Assembly (NCBI GenBank): GCA_951406725.2
Contig: OX597836.1
Coordinates: forward strand, 14,198,001-14,262,000
DNA length: 64,000 bases
Reading direction: 5' to 3'
Source of the DNA: Octopus vulgaris
Taxonomy: Eukaryota
Positions 42,086-51,595 of this stretch are shown piece after piece. Every line of letters begins with the position of its first letter. The stretch's first letter is position 1. Below the pieces are notes generated by a model that was given only the letters and a program-made list of their open reading frames with translations, made no database searches and was not told the DNA's origin. Both the position numbers and the translations under genes were made by a program.

Positions 42086-45000
42086 CACACTCACACACAC
42101 ACACACAACGTGTGTGTGTGTGAGGAAGTGCCGAAAAGTTCCTGGCTTTAAGAATATTACGAAAGGCCTGCTTGAAGGCCTAACATGCCAAGTTCTTTTA
42201 CAGGGCTTAGAAAAACTGAAGGATCACTGCAACAAGCGTGTGAATCTGAGTGGGGAATATGTTGAATAAAATCATTAACTGATCCTCCCATATTTTCTTT
42301 CGCCCAAAGCCAGGAACTTTTCAGTACTCCTTTGTATCTGTGTGTGTGTGTGCATGAGTTTGTATCTCTTTGTTTTGACATTGCGTGATAGTTGTAAACA
42401 ATCAGCACCATCACACAAACAATGTAATTTGTTTCCAATTTTCCCTGAACAACATGTCTAGTCATGGGCGAATATCACCTTGCAGGGAAATAAGTGAGGG
42501 TTGGTGACAGGGAGGGCATCCAGCTGTAGAATATATAATTTAACAAATTCTGTTCAACTCATGCAAGTATAAGAATGTGGATGGGATGTTAAAATGATGT
42601 TAATAATAGCACTTGAATTGTTTTGTATTTCCAGGGTCTTGGACATTTTAATTATCATCATTTTTTTTTTTTGTATTACACTGTTTTACATGTCTTTGAA
42701 TTCTATTTTCTGTGTTTTTCCTCTTTGCAGTGATGTGAAGAAAATACTTGATTTAGATCTTGGTCCAGACAATGAGTTCTACAGTTTGTACGGCAAATGC
42801 TTTGAGTACACAGACAGAGAGTACACGTATTCATTTTGTCCCTTCGATCGGGCTTCTCAGCGGAGTAAATCTGGTGGAATAGAAACCAGTTTAGGGTAAG
42901 TTGACCCCACCACACCACACCACAACAGAATTAAGATCCTAAAACCAAGGTGCCACATAAATAGCTTTGATGTGGGTGCTGGTGCCATGTAAAAAGCACT
43001 GGTAATGGTGCCACGTAAAAAAGCCCCCAGTACACTCTGTGGATTGATTGGTGTTAAACTGGTGTGGCCCCTGTGCAAAAAGAAATTATTATATTATTAT
43101 TAAGGCAGCAAGCTGGCAGAATCGTTAGCATGTCGGGCAAAAACCTCGGCTGCATTTCATCTATCTTTACGTTCTGAGTTCAAATTCTGCCAAAGTTGAC
43201 TTTGTCTTTCATCCTTTTGGGGGTCGATAAAATAAGTACCAGTTGAGCACTGGGGTTGATATAATTGACCTAGCCTTATGCTAAAGTAAGCCCTCCACAG
43301 CAAATCTGCGGAGGGCTCACTTATATAATAAACAATTCAGATACAAAGAACTCAATACAAGGAAGTAGAGTAATATAATAGAATGTTTTTTAATATGAAT
43401 CTTTATAAATTGCATCCAATCTTATCTGATAATTTCTCGATTTTTTTTCCTTTGTTTAGCCACTGGGGTCATTGGGATGGTGTTGCACCTGATATTTATA
43501 AATCCCAAAAGTACGACAAGGGACAGAATTGTTGGAATGGTCCAGACCGATCAGTAAAGGTGAGGCTTTTTTTCTCCCCCCCCCACCTCTCCTTGTATTA
43601 ATACGTCATCTTTTTTGTTTCATTTACTTGTTCCAGTCATTTGATTGCAGTCATTCTGGGGCCTCAAAGAGTATTAGCTAACCAAATCTATCCCAGGACT
43701 TATCTTTGTAAGCCTAGTACTTAATCTATTGATCTCTTTTGCCAAACTGCTAAGTTATGGAGATGTACACACACCAACACTGGTTGTCAAGTGATGGTTG
43801 GAGACACACACATATCAGCATATTCATATATACGACGGGTTTCTTTCAGTTTCCGTCTACCAAATCCACTCACAAGGCTTTGGTTGACCCGAGGCTATAT
43901 TAGAAGACACTTGCCAAAGGTGCCACACAGTGGGACTGAACCTGAACCATGCAGTTGAGAAGCAAGCTTCTTAACACACAGCCACACCTGTGATTACTAT
44001 TGTCATCATTTAACATCCATGTTCCATGCTGGCATGGGTTGGATGGTATGGCAGGATCCTCTGTGTCCAAGGTCTTGCATTGAGCTCCAGTGTCTGCTGT
44101 GATGTGGCTTCAATGGCTGGAATGCCCTTTCTTAATGCCAATCTCTTTACAGCATGAACTGGATGGTTTTTTTTTGCATGCCACCAACACTATTGAGGTT
44201 GTCGTGCAATTTGCAGGACTATTATCCCTGGGGGGGTGGATGCGCAATGGCCCAGTGGTTAGGGCAGCGGACTCACGGTTGTAGGATTGCGGTTTTGATT
44301 ACCAGACTGGGCGTTGTGAGTGTTTATTGAGCGAAAACACCTAAAAGCTCCACGAGGCTCCGGCAGGGATGGTGGTGATCCCTGCTGTACTCTTTCACCA
44401 CAACTTTCTCTCACTCTTACTTCCTGTTTCTGTTGTACCTGTATTTCAAAGGTCCGGCCTTGTCACTCTGTGTCATGCTGAATATCCCCGAGAACTACGC
44501 TAAGGGTACACGTGTCTGTGGAGTGCTCAGCCACTTACACGTTAATTTCATGAGCAGGCTGTTCCGTTGATCGTAAGCAGGAGTGCTTCCATCCATCCCT
44601 GGGGGAGGTCAGCTTCATGCTAGGGGACAAAGTTATGAGGTGGAGTGTGGTCAGAGCAGGTTCTTGCAGAGGGATCTTATTTCTTTACTGCCCACTTGAT
44701 GGTCCTGGTTGGAACATATACCCATTTTTCCCCACCAAAAATATCTCTCAAAAAAAAAAAAAAACCCCTAGGAGGAGTCACCTCAGGTCCTATATGTGAA
44801 GTTAGGCCTCTGAAGCCAAATTTGTCCCTGATGTTCACTTTCCTTGAATAATATGCCCTGCTGAAAGTTGTCTGATGTGAAATCAAAAACTGTATCTGTA
44901 ATTTCTCCAGCTTCAAGATAGCGATGGGTTCAGCAAAGTTATTCCCCTTTAAATAAATTTGTTTCGCGTGTGTGTGTGTGGTTGGCTGTAATCTAGACTT

Positions 45001-45940
45001 GCCGTGTGTATGTGTGTGCGCCTGGCTGGCAGTTAACCATGGCTTCGTCTGTGTGTGAGCTATTCAACTATTTCTTGCTCACTCTACTTCGTCTGGTGTG
45101 CTCTTACTACACTATATGCTTAACATTGATGTTTTCAAGCTAGCATAAGACTTTATATGTGGCAGTTTGATATACTAGAGATAGCAGCCAAATTCCCTCT
45201 CAAATCACAACCTTTATATCTTAAAAAAAAAAAAATAGAAGGACACATGTAGACCTAGTTATACACAAATTCAGGATAATGGTCATGGCTGGAATACTTT
45301 TGATCTTAGATCTGCTTGATCAGCACTAACCTAGGGTTAAACAAATACATTGATAATATTTGAAGGTTTTGAAATAAAAATGTCCTGGACAAAGGGTTGT
45401 CTGTTATAGAAATCTAAGCCTTATAAAATTTGGTTGTGAAATCCCTTGTCCTGGGTTTGTTGTTCAGTACCAAGCCAGCTTTGAGTGAACAGAGCTGTGA
45501 TGAATGGGTTTCCAACCATGAACTCTTCATCTTGTTTTCTGGAATAGTAATTCTAGGGCTACATTATTCAATGTGTTTGTTTATAAAATAGTATGCTGAT
45601 GGCATGGCTGTGTGGTTAAGAGATTTGCTCCCCTAAATCACATGGTCTTGAGTTCAATTCCATTGCATGGCGTCTTGGGTATGTGCCTTTTAATATGGCC
45701 CTAGACCAACCTATGCCATTTGTTAGATGTAAACCATGTGGGATCCTGTTGTGTGTGTGTGTATATAGGCACGTAAAAAGCACCCACTACACTCACGGAG
45801 TGGTTGGCGTTAGGAAGGGCATCCAGCCGTAGAAACACTGCCAGATCAGACTGGGCCTGATGCAGCCTTCTGGCTTTACAGACCCCAGTTGAACCGTCCA
45901 ACCCATGCTAGCATGGAAAGCGGATGCTAAACGATGATGA

Positions 45941-45980
<40 letters not shown>

Positions 45981-46127
45981 GCAGGAGTGGTTGTGTGGTA
46001 AGTAGCTTGTTTACCAACCACATGGTTCCGGGTTCAGTCCCACTGCATGGCACCTTGGGTAAGTGTCTTCTACTATAGCCTCGGGCCGACCAAAGCCTTG
46101 TGAGTGGATTTGGCAGATGGAAACTAT

Positions 46128-46158
<31 letters not shown>

Positions 46159-48955
46159 CGTGTGTGTGTTTGTGTGTCTGTGTTTGTTCCCCTAGCATTG
46201 CTTGACAACCGATGCTGGTGTGTTTATGTCCCCATCACTTAGCGGTTCGGCAAAAGAGACCGATAGGATAAGTACTGGGCTTACAAAAGAATAAGTCCCG
46301 GGATCGTGTTGCTCGATTAAAGGCGGTGCTCCAGCATGGCCGCAGTCAAAATGACTGAAACAAGTAAAAAGAGAAAAAGAGAATACACACATCAGCACAT
46401 CAAAATAAATATCAAATGGAAATTGTAGTTGTGATACCTGTGCCGGTGGCAGGTAAAAAGCACCGTCCGAACATGGCCAATGCTTCTGACTTCTGACCAA
46501 TGCAATAAACTGTCTGACCAATGTAAGCATGAAAAAGATGTTAAAATAGTGATGATGATGATGATGGTAATAAATGTGTCTGTCTGTGTGTCTAAGTATT
46601 TTTGATCTTTGGTTTCTTATACTATTGAAATTCTTTCGTAAGAGAAAATGAATTTGTGTGTGTGTGTGTGTAGTGAGAGAAAGAGAGAGTGAGAGCAAGC
46701 AAGTGCATTTGTTTTCTTTTGTATATATATATCTTTATGAATATCTGTTTCATATGTTTACACGAGAATGTGTATATTTATCTGCTTGTGTGTGTGTGTG
46801 TGTGTATGTGTGTGTGTGTACGTTTATGTGACTAAGACTGTTGACATAAGACAAACAAGCAGTCCAGCCCAGGCAGGTCCATCATTGAATGTGTTGTATT
46901 GTATAATAAAGTTCAGGGAAGCGGGGGGGGGGGGCAGTCTGCAAAGTGGGGGTCCACAACACACTCTGCTGTACTGTTTTAGTTTAACCCTAAACAGTTG
47001 CCAATATATTCCTGCCACTTTTTCTATTTGCTAATTGTGGGACCCTTCTTTAATTCAACAAAATAATTCTCAGCACCGAGTAGTGCACAGACCCCCCTGA
47101 ACAAGAAGATATTGTGTTACATTTTCAGATTTCTTGGAATATATTTTTCTTTCAATCAAACATGTCTTTCCTGTCTATTTTCACTTTCACTTTTGATTTT
47201 TGAATTTTTTTTTTTTAAGCAGTTTTGTTTTGAGACATAAGGTCAATTGTGTGGATCAAATTGGATTGGATCAGGTTGGTGAGGTAATGAGAAGGAGGAG
47301 TAGGGATAGAGACTGTAGTTGATATTATAGATCTAAGCACAAACAATACCAGTCATTGTTTACAATGCCTTTTCACCCTCTTCAAGTTAATCTCCACCCC
47401 TATTTATTTCTTTAAACATCTTCCCCCATCCATTACCACATTCCTAATTGAAATCTTTCTTTCTGTCTTGACATAAAGTCAGTGATATAGCTTTTTTTAT
47501 TTTTCCATAAAATGAAGAGCAGGGTTTATAGGGTCTTTAGTCAAATTAATTGTTAATCTTCATATATTACTGGTACTTCGTTATATAGATTATTAATCAT
47601 AAGGCGGCGAGCTGGCAGAAATGTTAGCACGCCGGGTGAAATGCTTAGCGGAATTTGAACTCAGAACGTATTGGCAGACAAAATACCACTAAGGTCGACT
47701 TTGCCATTCATCGTTTTGGAGTTGATTAAATAAGTACCAGTTATGCACTGGTGTCTATATATTCGACTTAATCCATTTGTTTGTCCTTGTTTGTTCTCTC
47801 TGTGATTAGCCCCTTGTGGGTAGTAAAGAAATAGGTATTTTGTCTGCCGTTATGTTCTGAGTTCACATTCCGCCGAGGTCGACTTTGCCTTTCCTTCTTT
47901 CGGGGTTGATAAATAAAGTACCAGTTACGCACTGGGGTCGATGTAATCGACTTAATCCGTTTGTCTGTCCTTGTTTGTCCCCTCTATGTTTAGCCCCTTG
48001 TGGGCAATAAATATATATATATATATAGATTATTAATCATTAATGGTGGTGCCCCAGCATGGGCTTGATCTAGTGACTGAAACCAGTAAGAAAAGTTAAT
48101 GAGTGGTAATCCTATGCTGTTGATCAACCTGTTAGAAATAGCAACCAAATTCCCCTAAAATTACAACCTTTTGTCTCAAAAGTGAAGGAGAATGTTCGAT
48201 AAAATAGTCCCCAATACATCATCATCAAATGAGTGAAACAAATAAATAAAATACACACATGACAATCTTCTTTCAGTATCTGTCTATCTACTCCACTTGT
48301 AAGGTGGTTTTAGTCAGCCCTGGGTTGTAAAAGACTTACTCTTTTACTCTCTTTTACTTGTTTCAGTCATTTGACTGCGGCCATGCTGGAGCACTGCCTT
48401 TAATCGAGCAAATCGGCACCGGGACTTATTCTTTTGTAAGCCCAGTACTTATTCTATCTGTCTCTTTTGCCGAACCGCTAAGTGACGGGGACGTAAACAC
48501 ACCAGCATCGGTTGTCAAGCAATGCTAGGGGGACAAACACACACATATATATATATATATATATACGACGGGCTTCTTTCAGTTTCCGTCTACCAAATCC
48601 ACTCACAAGGCTTTGGTCGGCCCGAGGCTATAGTAGAAGACACTTGCCCAAGGTGCCACGCAGTGGGACTGAACCCGGAACCATGTGGTTGGTAAGCAAG
48701 CTACTTACCACACAGCCACTCCTATGCCTATACTTACCACACAGTCACTCCTGCGCCTATCAATAACAATAACAAAATAATCAACCTTCATTTTTGTTTT
48801 GTTTTTTTTTCCAGGTCCACTTTGACTGCGGCATCGACAGCGAACTCCGAGGGGCTTCGGAACCAAGTCGGTGTGAATATGCTTTCAGTTTTGTCACTCC
48901 AGCAAGTTGCGCAAAACCCACACCCTCGCCAACCACAAACAGAGATGAATTATAA
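4433..48955 (+). CDS. PRKCSH: Glucosidase II beta subunit (PRKCSH/80K-H), spliced gene, 16 coding exons, 579 aa
   Basis: Manual splice: join(4433..4520,6362..6481,7259..7354,8469..8526,10008..10125,11011..11074,13213..13278,15646..15730,17493..17571,20635..20910,32171..32275,36857..36965,41758..41827,42731..42895,43460..43559,48815..48955). All GT-AG, phases compatible, total 1740 nt. Signal peptide + RPRGVS, G2B/LDLa repeats ([28 protein letters not shown]), coiled coil, EF-hand-like loops, acidic tract, MRH domain ([15 protein letters not shown]), C-terminal RDEL. Confidence 0.96.
5469..5589. mobile_element. Small MITE
   Basis: ~32-bp TIR ACTACTTAAATACAGAGGTCCCGA / TCGGGACCTCTGTATTTAAGTAGT. 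Confidence 0.7.
6362..6481 (+). CDS. PRKCSH: PRKCSH exon 2 ([40 protein letters not shown])
   Basis: Polypyrimidine+AG acceptor, GTGAGT donor, G2B motif. Confidence 0.96.
6675..7110 (-). pseudogene. 5'-truncated RTE-clade LINE remnant
   Basis: Minus-strand [18 protein letters not shown] and RRVQFAGHC...LLLWKP...RG...YPD...WR, ending in (TGA)n tail; frameshifted. Confidence 0.8.
7259..7354 (+). CDS. PRKCSH: PRKCSH exon 3 ([32 protein letters not shown])
   Basis: CAG acceptor, GTAGGT donor, strong similarity to family motif. Confidence 0.96.
8469..8526 (+). CDS. PRKCSH: PRKCSH exon 4 ([19 protein letters not shown])
   Basis: [17 protein letters not shown] motif. Confidence 0.95.
9245..9543 (-). 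mobile_element. tRNA-derived SINE, head type 1 / tail Y
   Basis: Same head as 44238, unrelated 3' part. Confidence 0.75.
10008..10125 (+). CDS. PRKCSH: PRKCSH exon 5 ([39 protein letters not shown])
   Basis: CAG/GTAAGT, phase-compatible coiled coil. Confidence 0.93.
11011..11074 (+). CDS. PRKCSH: PRKCSH exon 6 ([21 protein letters not shown])
   Basis: TAG/GTAATA, KLIEL matches family. Confidence 0.9.
11605..12008 (-). mobile_element. SINE family A, full length
   Basis: Reverse complement of family A consensus. Confidence 0.85.
13213..13278 (+). CDS. PRKCSH: PRKCSH exon 7 ([22 protein letters not shown])
   Basis: CAG/GTAAGT, AE.PE..AK..H...WE motif. Confidence 0.93.
13842..14188. mobile_element. 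piggyBac-like non-autonomous element with duplicated left end
   Basis: TTAA|CCCTTT...AAAGGG|TTAA; ~125-bp direct duplication starting again with TTAACCCTTT at 13966. Confidence 0.7.
15270..15505 (+). mobile_element. SINE family B (central GCCTTTCATCCTTTCGGGGTCGATAAA..AGTA domain, Meta/MESC-like)
   Basis: B box GAGTTCAAATTCC; multiple copies (7836, 43103, 47602, 49226, 49520, 54460). Confidence 0.8.
15646..15730 (+). CDS. PRKCSH: PRKCSH exon 8 ([28 protein letters not shown])
   Basis: TAG/GTAAGT, AF.ELD start of EF-hand. Confidence 0.93.
15777..16099 (-). mobile_element. tRNA-derived SINE, head type 2 / tail W
   Basis: TGGCTCAGTGGTTAGAGCG head, TTGAGCAAGACACTTT central block; tail also at 23590-23697 and 60380-60479. 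Confidence 0.75.
16343..17040 (-). pseudogene. Decayed mariner transposase
   Basis: Minus-strand [19 protein letters not shown]-like segments. Confidence 0.75.
17046..17430 (-). mobile_element. SINE family A, full length
   Basis: Reverse complement of family A consensus. Confidence 0.85.
17493..17571 (+). CDS. PRKCSH: PRKCSH exon 9 ([26 protein letters not shown])
   Basis: TAG/GTAAGA, EF-hand loop [12 protein letters not shown]. Confidence 0.94.
17651..18044 (-). mobile_element. Non-autonomous Helitron
   Basis: Minus strand TCTTTATATATAAA... to hairpin CCCGAGCAACGCCGGG and CTAG, inserted at A/T without duplication. Confidence 0.75.
18308..18637. repeat. Polypyrimidine minisatellite (~23-bp unit CTCATCTCTCCCCTCTCCTCCCC)
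   Basis: Direct reading. Confidence 0.9.
19558..19964. repeat. 57-bp tandem repeat, 7 identical copies
   Basis: AGTGGCACCGGCACCAGGAAGGACAAGCCTGTATAACATAAATTCTTGACATGTCTT. Confidence 0.95.
20635..20910 (+). CDS. PRKCSH: PRKCSH exon 10 ([26 protein letters not shown]... acidic/Pro-rich ...DGQVQ)
   Basis: TAG/GTAAGC, phase 0-0, F...W..IK..Y motif then acidic tract. Confidence 0.9.
24177..24374. mobile_element. Tc1/mariner-type MITE
   Basis: TA flanks, long imperfect TIR GATTGAAAAGTAACTCCCT / AGGGAGTTACTTTTCAATC. Confidence 0.8.
25600..26495. repeat. Minisatellite, 20-bp to 40-bp to 34-bp units
   Basis: CTCAGCTCAACCTCTTGACACTCGGCTCTTGCTG dominant unit. Confidence 0.95.
27040..27350. repeat. 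20-bp minisatellite GTGGCCTCCCCTCTCGTCTT
   Basis: About 11 near-perfect copies from 27113. Confidence 0.95.
29094..29760 (+). mobile_element. Retroposon family C with 130-bp internal tandem repeat and (GAT)n tail
   Basis: ACCAACG at 29094, 29224, 29354, 29484; tail GGTTGG.GTTAGGAAGGGCATCCAGCTGTAGAAA...GGAC.TTAAACGATGATGAT shared with copies at 1, 18835, 19957, 21555, 28030, 36300, 45770. Confidence 0.8.
30172..30473 (+). mobile_element. tRNA-headed SINE-like element with (AAT)n spacer and hammerhead-type tail
   Basis: A box TGGCATAGTGG, B box GAGTTCGATTCC, possible TACAG duplication on both flanks, nested in a mariner. Confidence 0.65.
30346..30391 (+). ncRNA. Minimal (dimer-type) hammerhead ribozyme motif, core G12 mutated
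   Basis: GACAC-CTGATGA-A-GGCTG..CAGCC-(A)AAAC-GT-T-GTGTT; palindromic AACGTT in place of stem III. Confidence 0.55.
30665..30865. repeat. 30-bp minisatellite GGGGTACTTTCTGTAATTTTTGA...
   Basis: About 6 copies. Confidence 0.9.
32171..32275 (+). CDS. PRKCSH: PRKCSH exon 11 ([35 protein letters not shown])
   Basis: TAG/GTAAGT, open, 105 nt phase 0-0, acidic like neighbours; low-complexity region so homology support is weaker. Confidence 0.78.
32856..33077. mobile_element. Penelope-like inverted-repeat fragment, family 2, in (TA)n
   Basis: Near-identical outer sequence to 195-300, inverted arm, flanked by TA repeats. Confidence 0.55.
33530..33844. repeat. Asymmetric long inverted repeat between (TA)n tracts
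   Basis: 97-bp arms 33627-33723 / 33748-33844 with 2 mismatches, 24-nt spacer. Confidence 0.85.
35185..35376. mobile_element. Foldback-like MITE with 15-bp subterminal repeats
   Basis: AAGTTCACTGCCGTCAATTCA / TGAATTGACGACGGTGAACTT and repeated GGTGAA modules. Confidence 0.6.
36857..36965 (+). CDS. PRKCSH: PRKCSH exon 12 ([36 protein letters not shown])
   Basis: TAG/GTCAGT, MP.YD..T...I motif. Confidence 0.92.
37018..37425 (-). mobile_element. SINE family A, full length
   Basis: Reverse complement of family A consensus. Confidence 0.85.
38630..39050 (+). mobile_element. SINE family A, full length
   Basis: A/B boxes and tail. Confidence 0.85.
39829..40313 (+). mobile_element. Miniature LTR retroelement (TRIM-like): LTR 39829-39987, LTR 40137-40298
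   Basis: Two ~160-bp direct repeats each TGTAG...CTACA, PBS-like TGGTGACCCC after LTR1, purine tract GATGGGGAG before LTR2, second PBS-like TGGTGTCGGATGTGG after LTR2. Confidence 0.75.
41345..41730. repeat. AT-rich compound minisatellite (15-bp ATAAGAATATGTATC plus higher-order unit)
   Basis: Direct reading. Confidence 0.9.
41758..41827 (+). CDS. PRKCSH: PRKCSH exon 13 ([23 protein letters not shown])
   Basis: CAG/GTGAGT. Confidence 0.93.
41838..42015. mobile_element. Helentron/HINE-like fragment
   Basis: Terminal hairpin TACTTCCACC...GGCGGAGGTA followed by GTTT microrepeat and GGATTTGAATGAAACTTT motif also seen in the 1252 element. Confidence 0.4.
42122..42331 (+). mobile_element. Mariner-derived MITE
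   Basis: TIR GAAAAGTTCCTGGCTTT / AAAGCCAGGAACTTTTC; retains transposase C-terminus [21 protein letters not shown]. Confidence 0.75.
42731..42895 (+). CDS. PRKCSH: PRKCSH exon 14 (MRH domain start, [30 protein letters not shown]...)
   Basis: CAG/GTAAGT, MRH cysteines. Confidence 0.96.
43460..43559 (+). CDS. PRKCSH: PRKCSH exon 15 ([33 protein letters not shown])
   Basis: TAG/GTGAGG, CWNGP.RS motif. Confidence 0.96.
44238..44573 (+). mobile_element. tRNA-derived SINE, head type 1 / tail X
   Basis: TGGCCCAGTGGTTAGGGC A box, GAGCGAAAACACCT central block. Confidence 0.8.
45980..46370 (+). mobile_element. SINE family A, full length
   Basis: A/B boxes and tail. Confidence 0.85.
48336..48730 (-). 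mobile_element. SINE family A, full length (further copies near 670, 24680, 30900, 32625, 37762, 40910, 43620, 53950, 54184)
   Basis: Reverse complement of family A consensus. Confidence 0.85.
48815..48955 (+). CDS. PRKCSH: PRKCSH exon 16 ([32 protein letters not shown]...TNRDEL*)
   Basis: CAG acceptor, EPSRCEY, TAA at 48953-48955. Confidence 0.96.
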   Translation, partial: VHFDCGIDSELRGASEPSRCEYAFSFVTPASCAKPTPSPTTNRDEL

Positions 48956-49066
48956 CAGAAACTATCAAAAATATATCTTTCTATTTCTTCCCTCCTCTTC
49001 ATTATTTGATTTTCATTTTTTTTTTTTTGTTTGATAGGGTCTTTTTTTTTTTCTTTGTAATTTAAA

Positions 49067-49127
49067 ATTAAATCTATTATATATATATATATATTTATAT
49101 ATATAATATTCTCTAAACTCCATTAAA
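49067..49127 (+). terminator. Candidate polyadenylation signals (ATTAAA at 49067 and 49122)
   Basis: Variant hexamers 110-170 nt after the stop, followed by a GT/T-rich stretch; AT-rich context makes chance matches possible. Confidence 0.4.
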
Positions 49128-49225
49128 TCTTTCATGACTTCTCATCCACTACTTCCGTTTTGCGTTTGTTGTATATGTATTTTTAAGATTTTTCTGAGAT
49201 TTCTGATTCATACTGTTTCATCATC

Positions 49226-49459
49226 TATTTCTTTACTACCCACAAGGGGCTAAACACAGAGGGGACAAACAAGGACAGACAAACGGATTAAGTCGATTAT
49301 ATCGACCCCAGTGCGTAACTGGTTCTTAATTTATCGACCCCGAAAGGATGAAAGGCAAAGGCGACCTCGGCGGAATTTGAACTCAGAACGTAACGGCAGA
49401 CGAAATATCGCTAAACAATTTCGCCCGGCATGCTAACGTTTCTACCAGTTCGCTGCCTT
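49226..49459 (-). mobile_element. SINE family B with 15-bp target duplication
   Basis: TACTGTTTCATCATC at 49211-49225 and 49460-49474. Confidence 0.88.
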
Positions 49460-49519
49460 TACTGTTTCATCATCGTTTAACATCCGCCTTCCATGCGGTC
49501 GTGGGTTGGATAGTTTGAC

Positions 49520-49751
49520 AAGGCGGCGAGCCGGCAGAGTCATTAGCACGCTGGGCGAAATGCGTAGCCGTATTTTGTCTGCCGTTACATTGAGTTCAAA
49601 TTCCGCTGAGATCGACTTTGCCTTTCGTCCTTTCCGGGTCGATAAATTAAGTACCAGTTATGCACTGGGGTTGATGTAATTGACTTAATCCGTTTGTCTG
49701 TCCTTGTTTGTCCTCTCTGTGTTTAGCCCCTTGTGGGTAGTAAAGAAATAG
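49520..49751 (+). mobile_element. SINE family B with GTTTGAC target duplication
   Basis: Inserted within a family C element. Confidence 0.85.
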
Positions 49752-50169
49752 GTTTGACGGGAGCTGGCCCGGCAGAAGACTGCACCAGACTTCTGCGTCT
49801 GTTTTGGCATAGTTTTTATGGCTGGATGTCCTTCCTAATACTGACCACTCCACAGAGTGGACTGAGTGCTTTGTGTGGCACCAGCACAGGTGAGGTCAGT
49901 TTTAGCATGGTTTTTATGACTAGATGTCCTTCCAAATGCCAACCACTTTACTGTGTGGACTGGATGCTTTTTATGTGGCACCAGCACTGGCAGGGTCACC
50001 AAGTAACTTGCAAGAGAAGGAATCTTTGCAAGGGGAGGAGGCATTGGAGGAAGTAATCTTGTGTCACATGATGAAAGGCTAGAGTGGAAGTAAATTGTAA
50101 TGGCACATTTTGAAATTGAAATGGAAACTACCGTTTTTAAAAGAGCCTTGTCTGTCATTCATATTTAGG

Positions 50170-50960
50170 CAGTGAAAGTGTGCACATCATAGTTTAATAT
50201 TAAATTTCACTCCACTAAAATGGATGAACTGAAAGTGCATATTTGACATGTGATATTGTGGGAGTTTAAGAATGGAAAAAAAATTCATAAAAACAGCTAA
50301 GAAAATATGCAGTGTTTATGGCCAAGGTGTTGGTACTAACCAGCTAGTGTATAATTAGTTTTCAAAGTTTTGTTCCAGAGATTTGTCACCGACTGATGAA
50401 CTCTGACCAGGACACTCATCAGACTTCGATCAAGATGCTTTAAGAGAATTAGCAATTAACCTCAACACATTCCGATTCACCATCTGCCACCACATAGAAA
50501 AGGTAGGAAAAGCCAGCAACCTGGGTGTTTGGGTTCCCCATACTCTTAGTGATAAAAATAGGGAAGATCACATGTCCATAGCAACAAGTCTTCTTTCAAG
50601 GAAGAGAAATGACCCGTTTCTCAATATCATTACAAGTGATGAAAAATGGGTCTTTTAGGACGATGCTCAATGCAAAAAAGCAGTGGATTGACAAGGATAA
50701 ATCTCTGATCTACCTCATAGGCTGAGCTCCATGAAAGGAAGTTTATGTTGTGTGTATGGTGGGTTCCTTGCAGCATTATTCATTTTGAGTTTTTAAACTG
50801 CAATCAACACTAAATGCTGACTTATACTCTCAACAGCTGCAACCTGTGCATGAGAATCTTTTAAGACAATGCCCTGCACTCGTCAATAAGAGAAACGTTA
50901 TGCTTCTTCATGATAATGCAAGACCACATTCAGCAAGAATCATGCAACATAAAATATTGG
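50170..50960 (+). pseudogene. Decayed mariner transposase
   Basis: WVPHTL, ITSDEKWV, LLHDNARPH motifs with stops/frameshifts. Confidence 0.88.
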
Positions 50961-51108
50961 TTTTTACTGGTCAGAGTGTAACTTTGTGGTTTTGGTTTCA
51001 GTTCCATTACGTGACACCTTGGGCAAGCCCTGGCCGACCAATGCCTTTGTGAGTGAATTTGGTAGGCAGAAACTATGTGGAATCCTGTTGTGTGTTTATA
51101 TAATAAAT

Positions 51109-51395
51109 GTTTGTTCCTTCTCGAGCCATGCCTGGCTCATAAGGGCCGGTTTCCTTGACGTATAAGTTCCCCACCTGGACGGCGAGACCGGTCCGTCACA
51201 GGTGAACTGCAAGATGCAGGAGGAAAGAGTGAGAGAAAGTTGTGGCGAAAGAGTCAGCAGGAGTTCGCCATCACCTTCTGTCGGAGCCGCGTGGAGCTTA
51301 GGTGTTTTGCTCATAAACACACACATTGCCCAGTCTGAGATTCGAACCCTCGACCGCGAGTCCGCTACTCTCACCACTAGGCCATGTGCCTCCAC
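51109..51395 (-). mobile_element. tRNA-derived SINE, head type 1 / tail Z, 11-bp target duplication
   Basis: ATATAATAAAT at 51098-51108 and 51396-51406. Confidence 0.8.
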
Positions 51396-51518
51396 ATATA
51401 ATAAATATCTAATATATAATATAATATAATAGTCTCCAACGACTAGAACTAAAGGCAAAGGATGTGATTTTTGGGAGATTTGGTTGCTATATCTAGCAGG
51501 TCCTGTGACTGTATTCAG

Positions 51519-51595
<77 letters not shown>

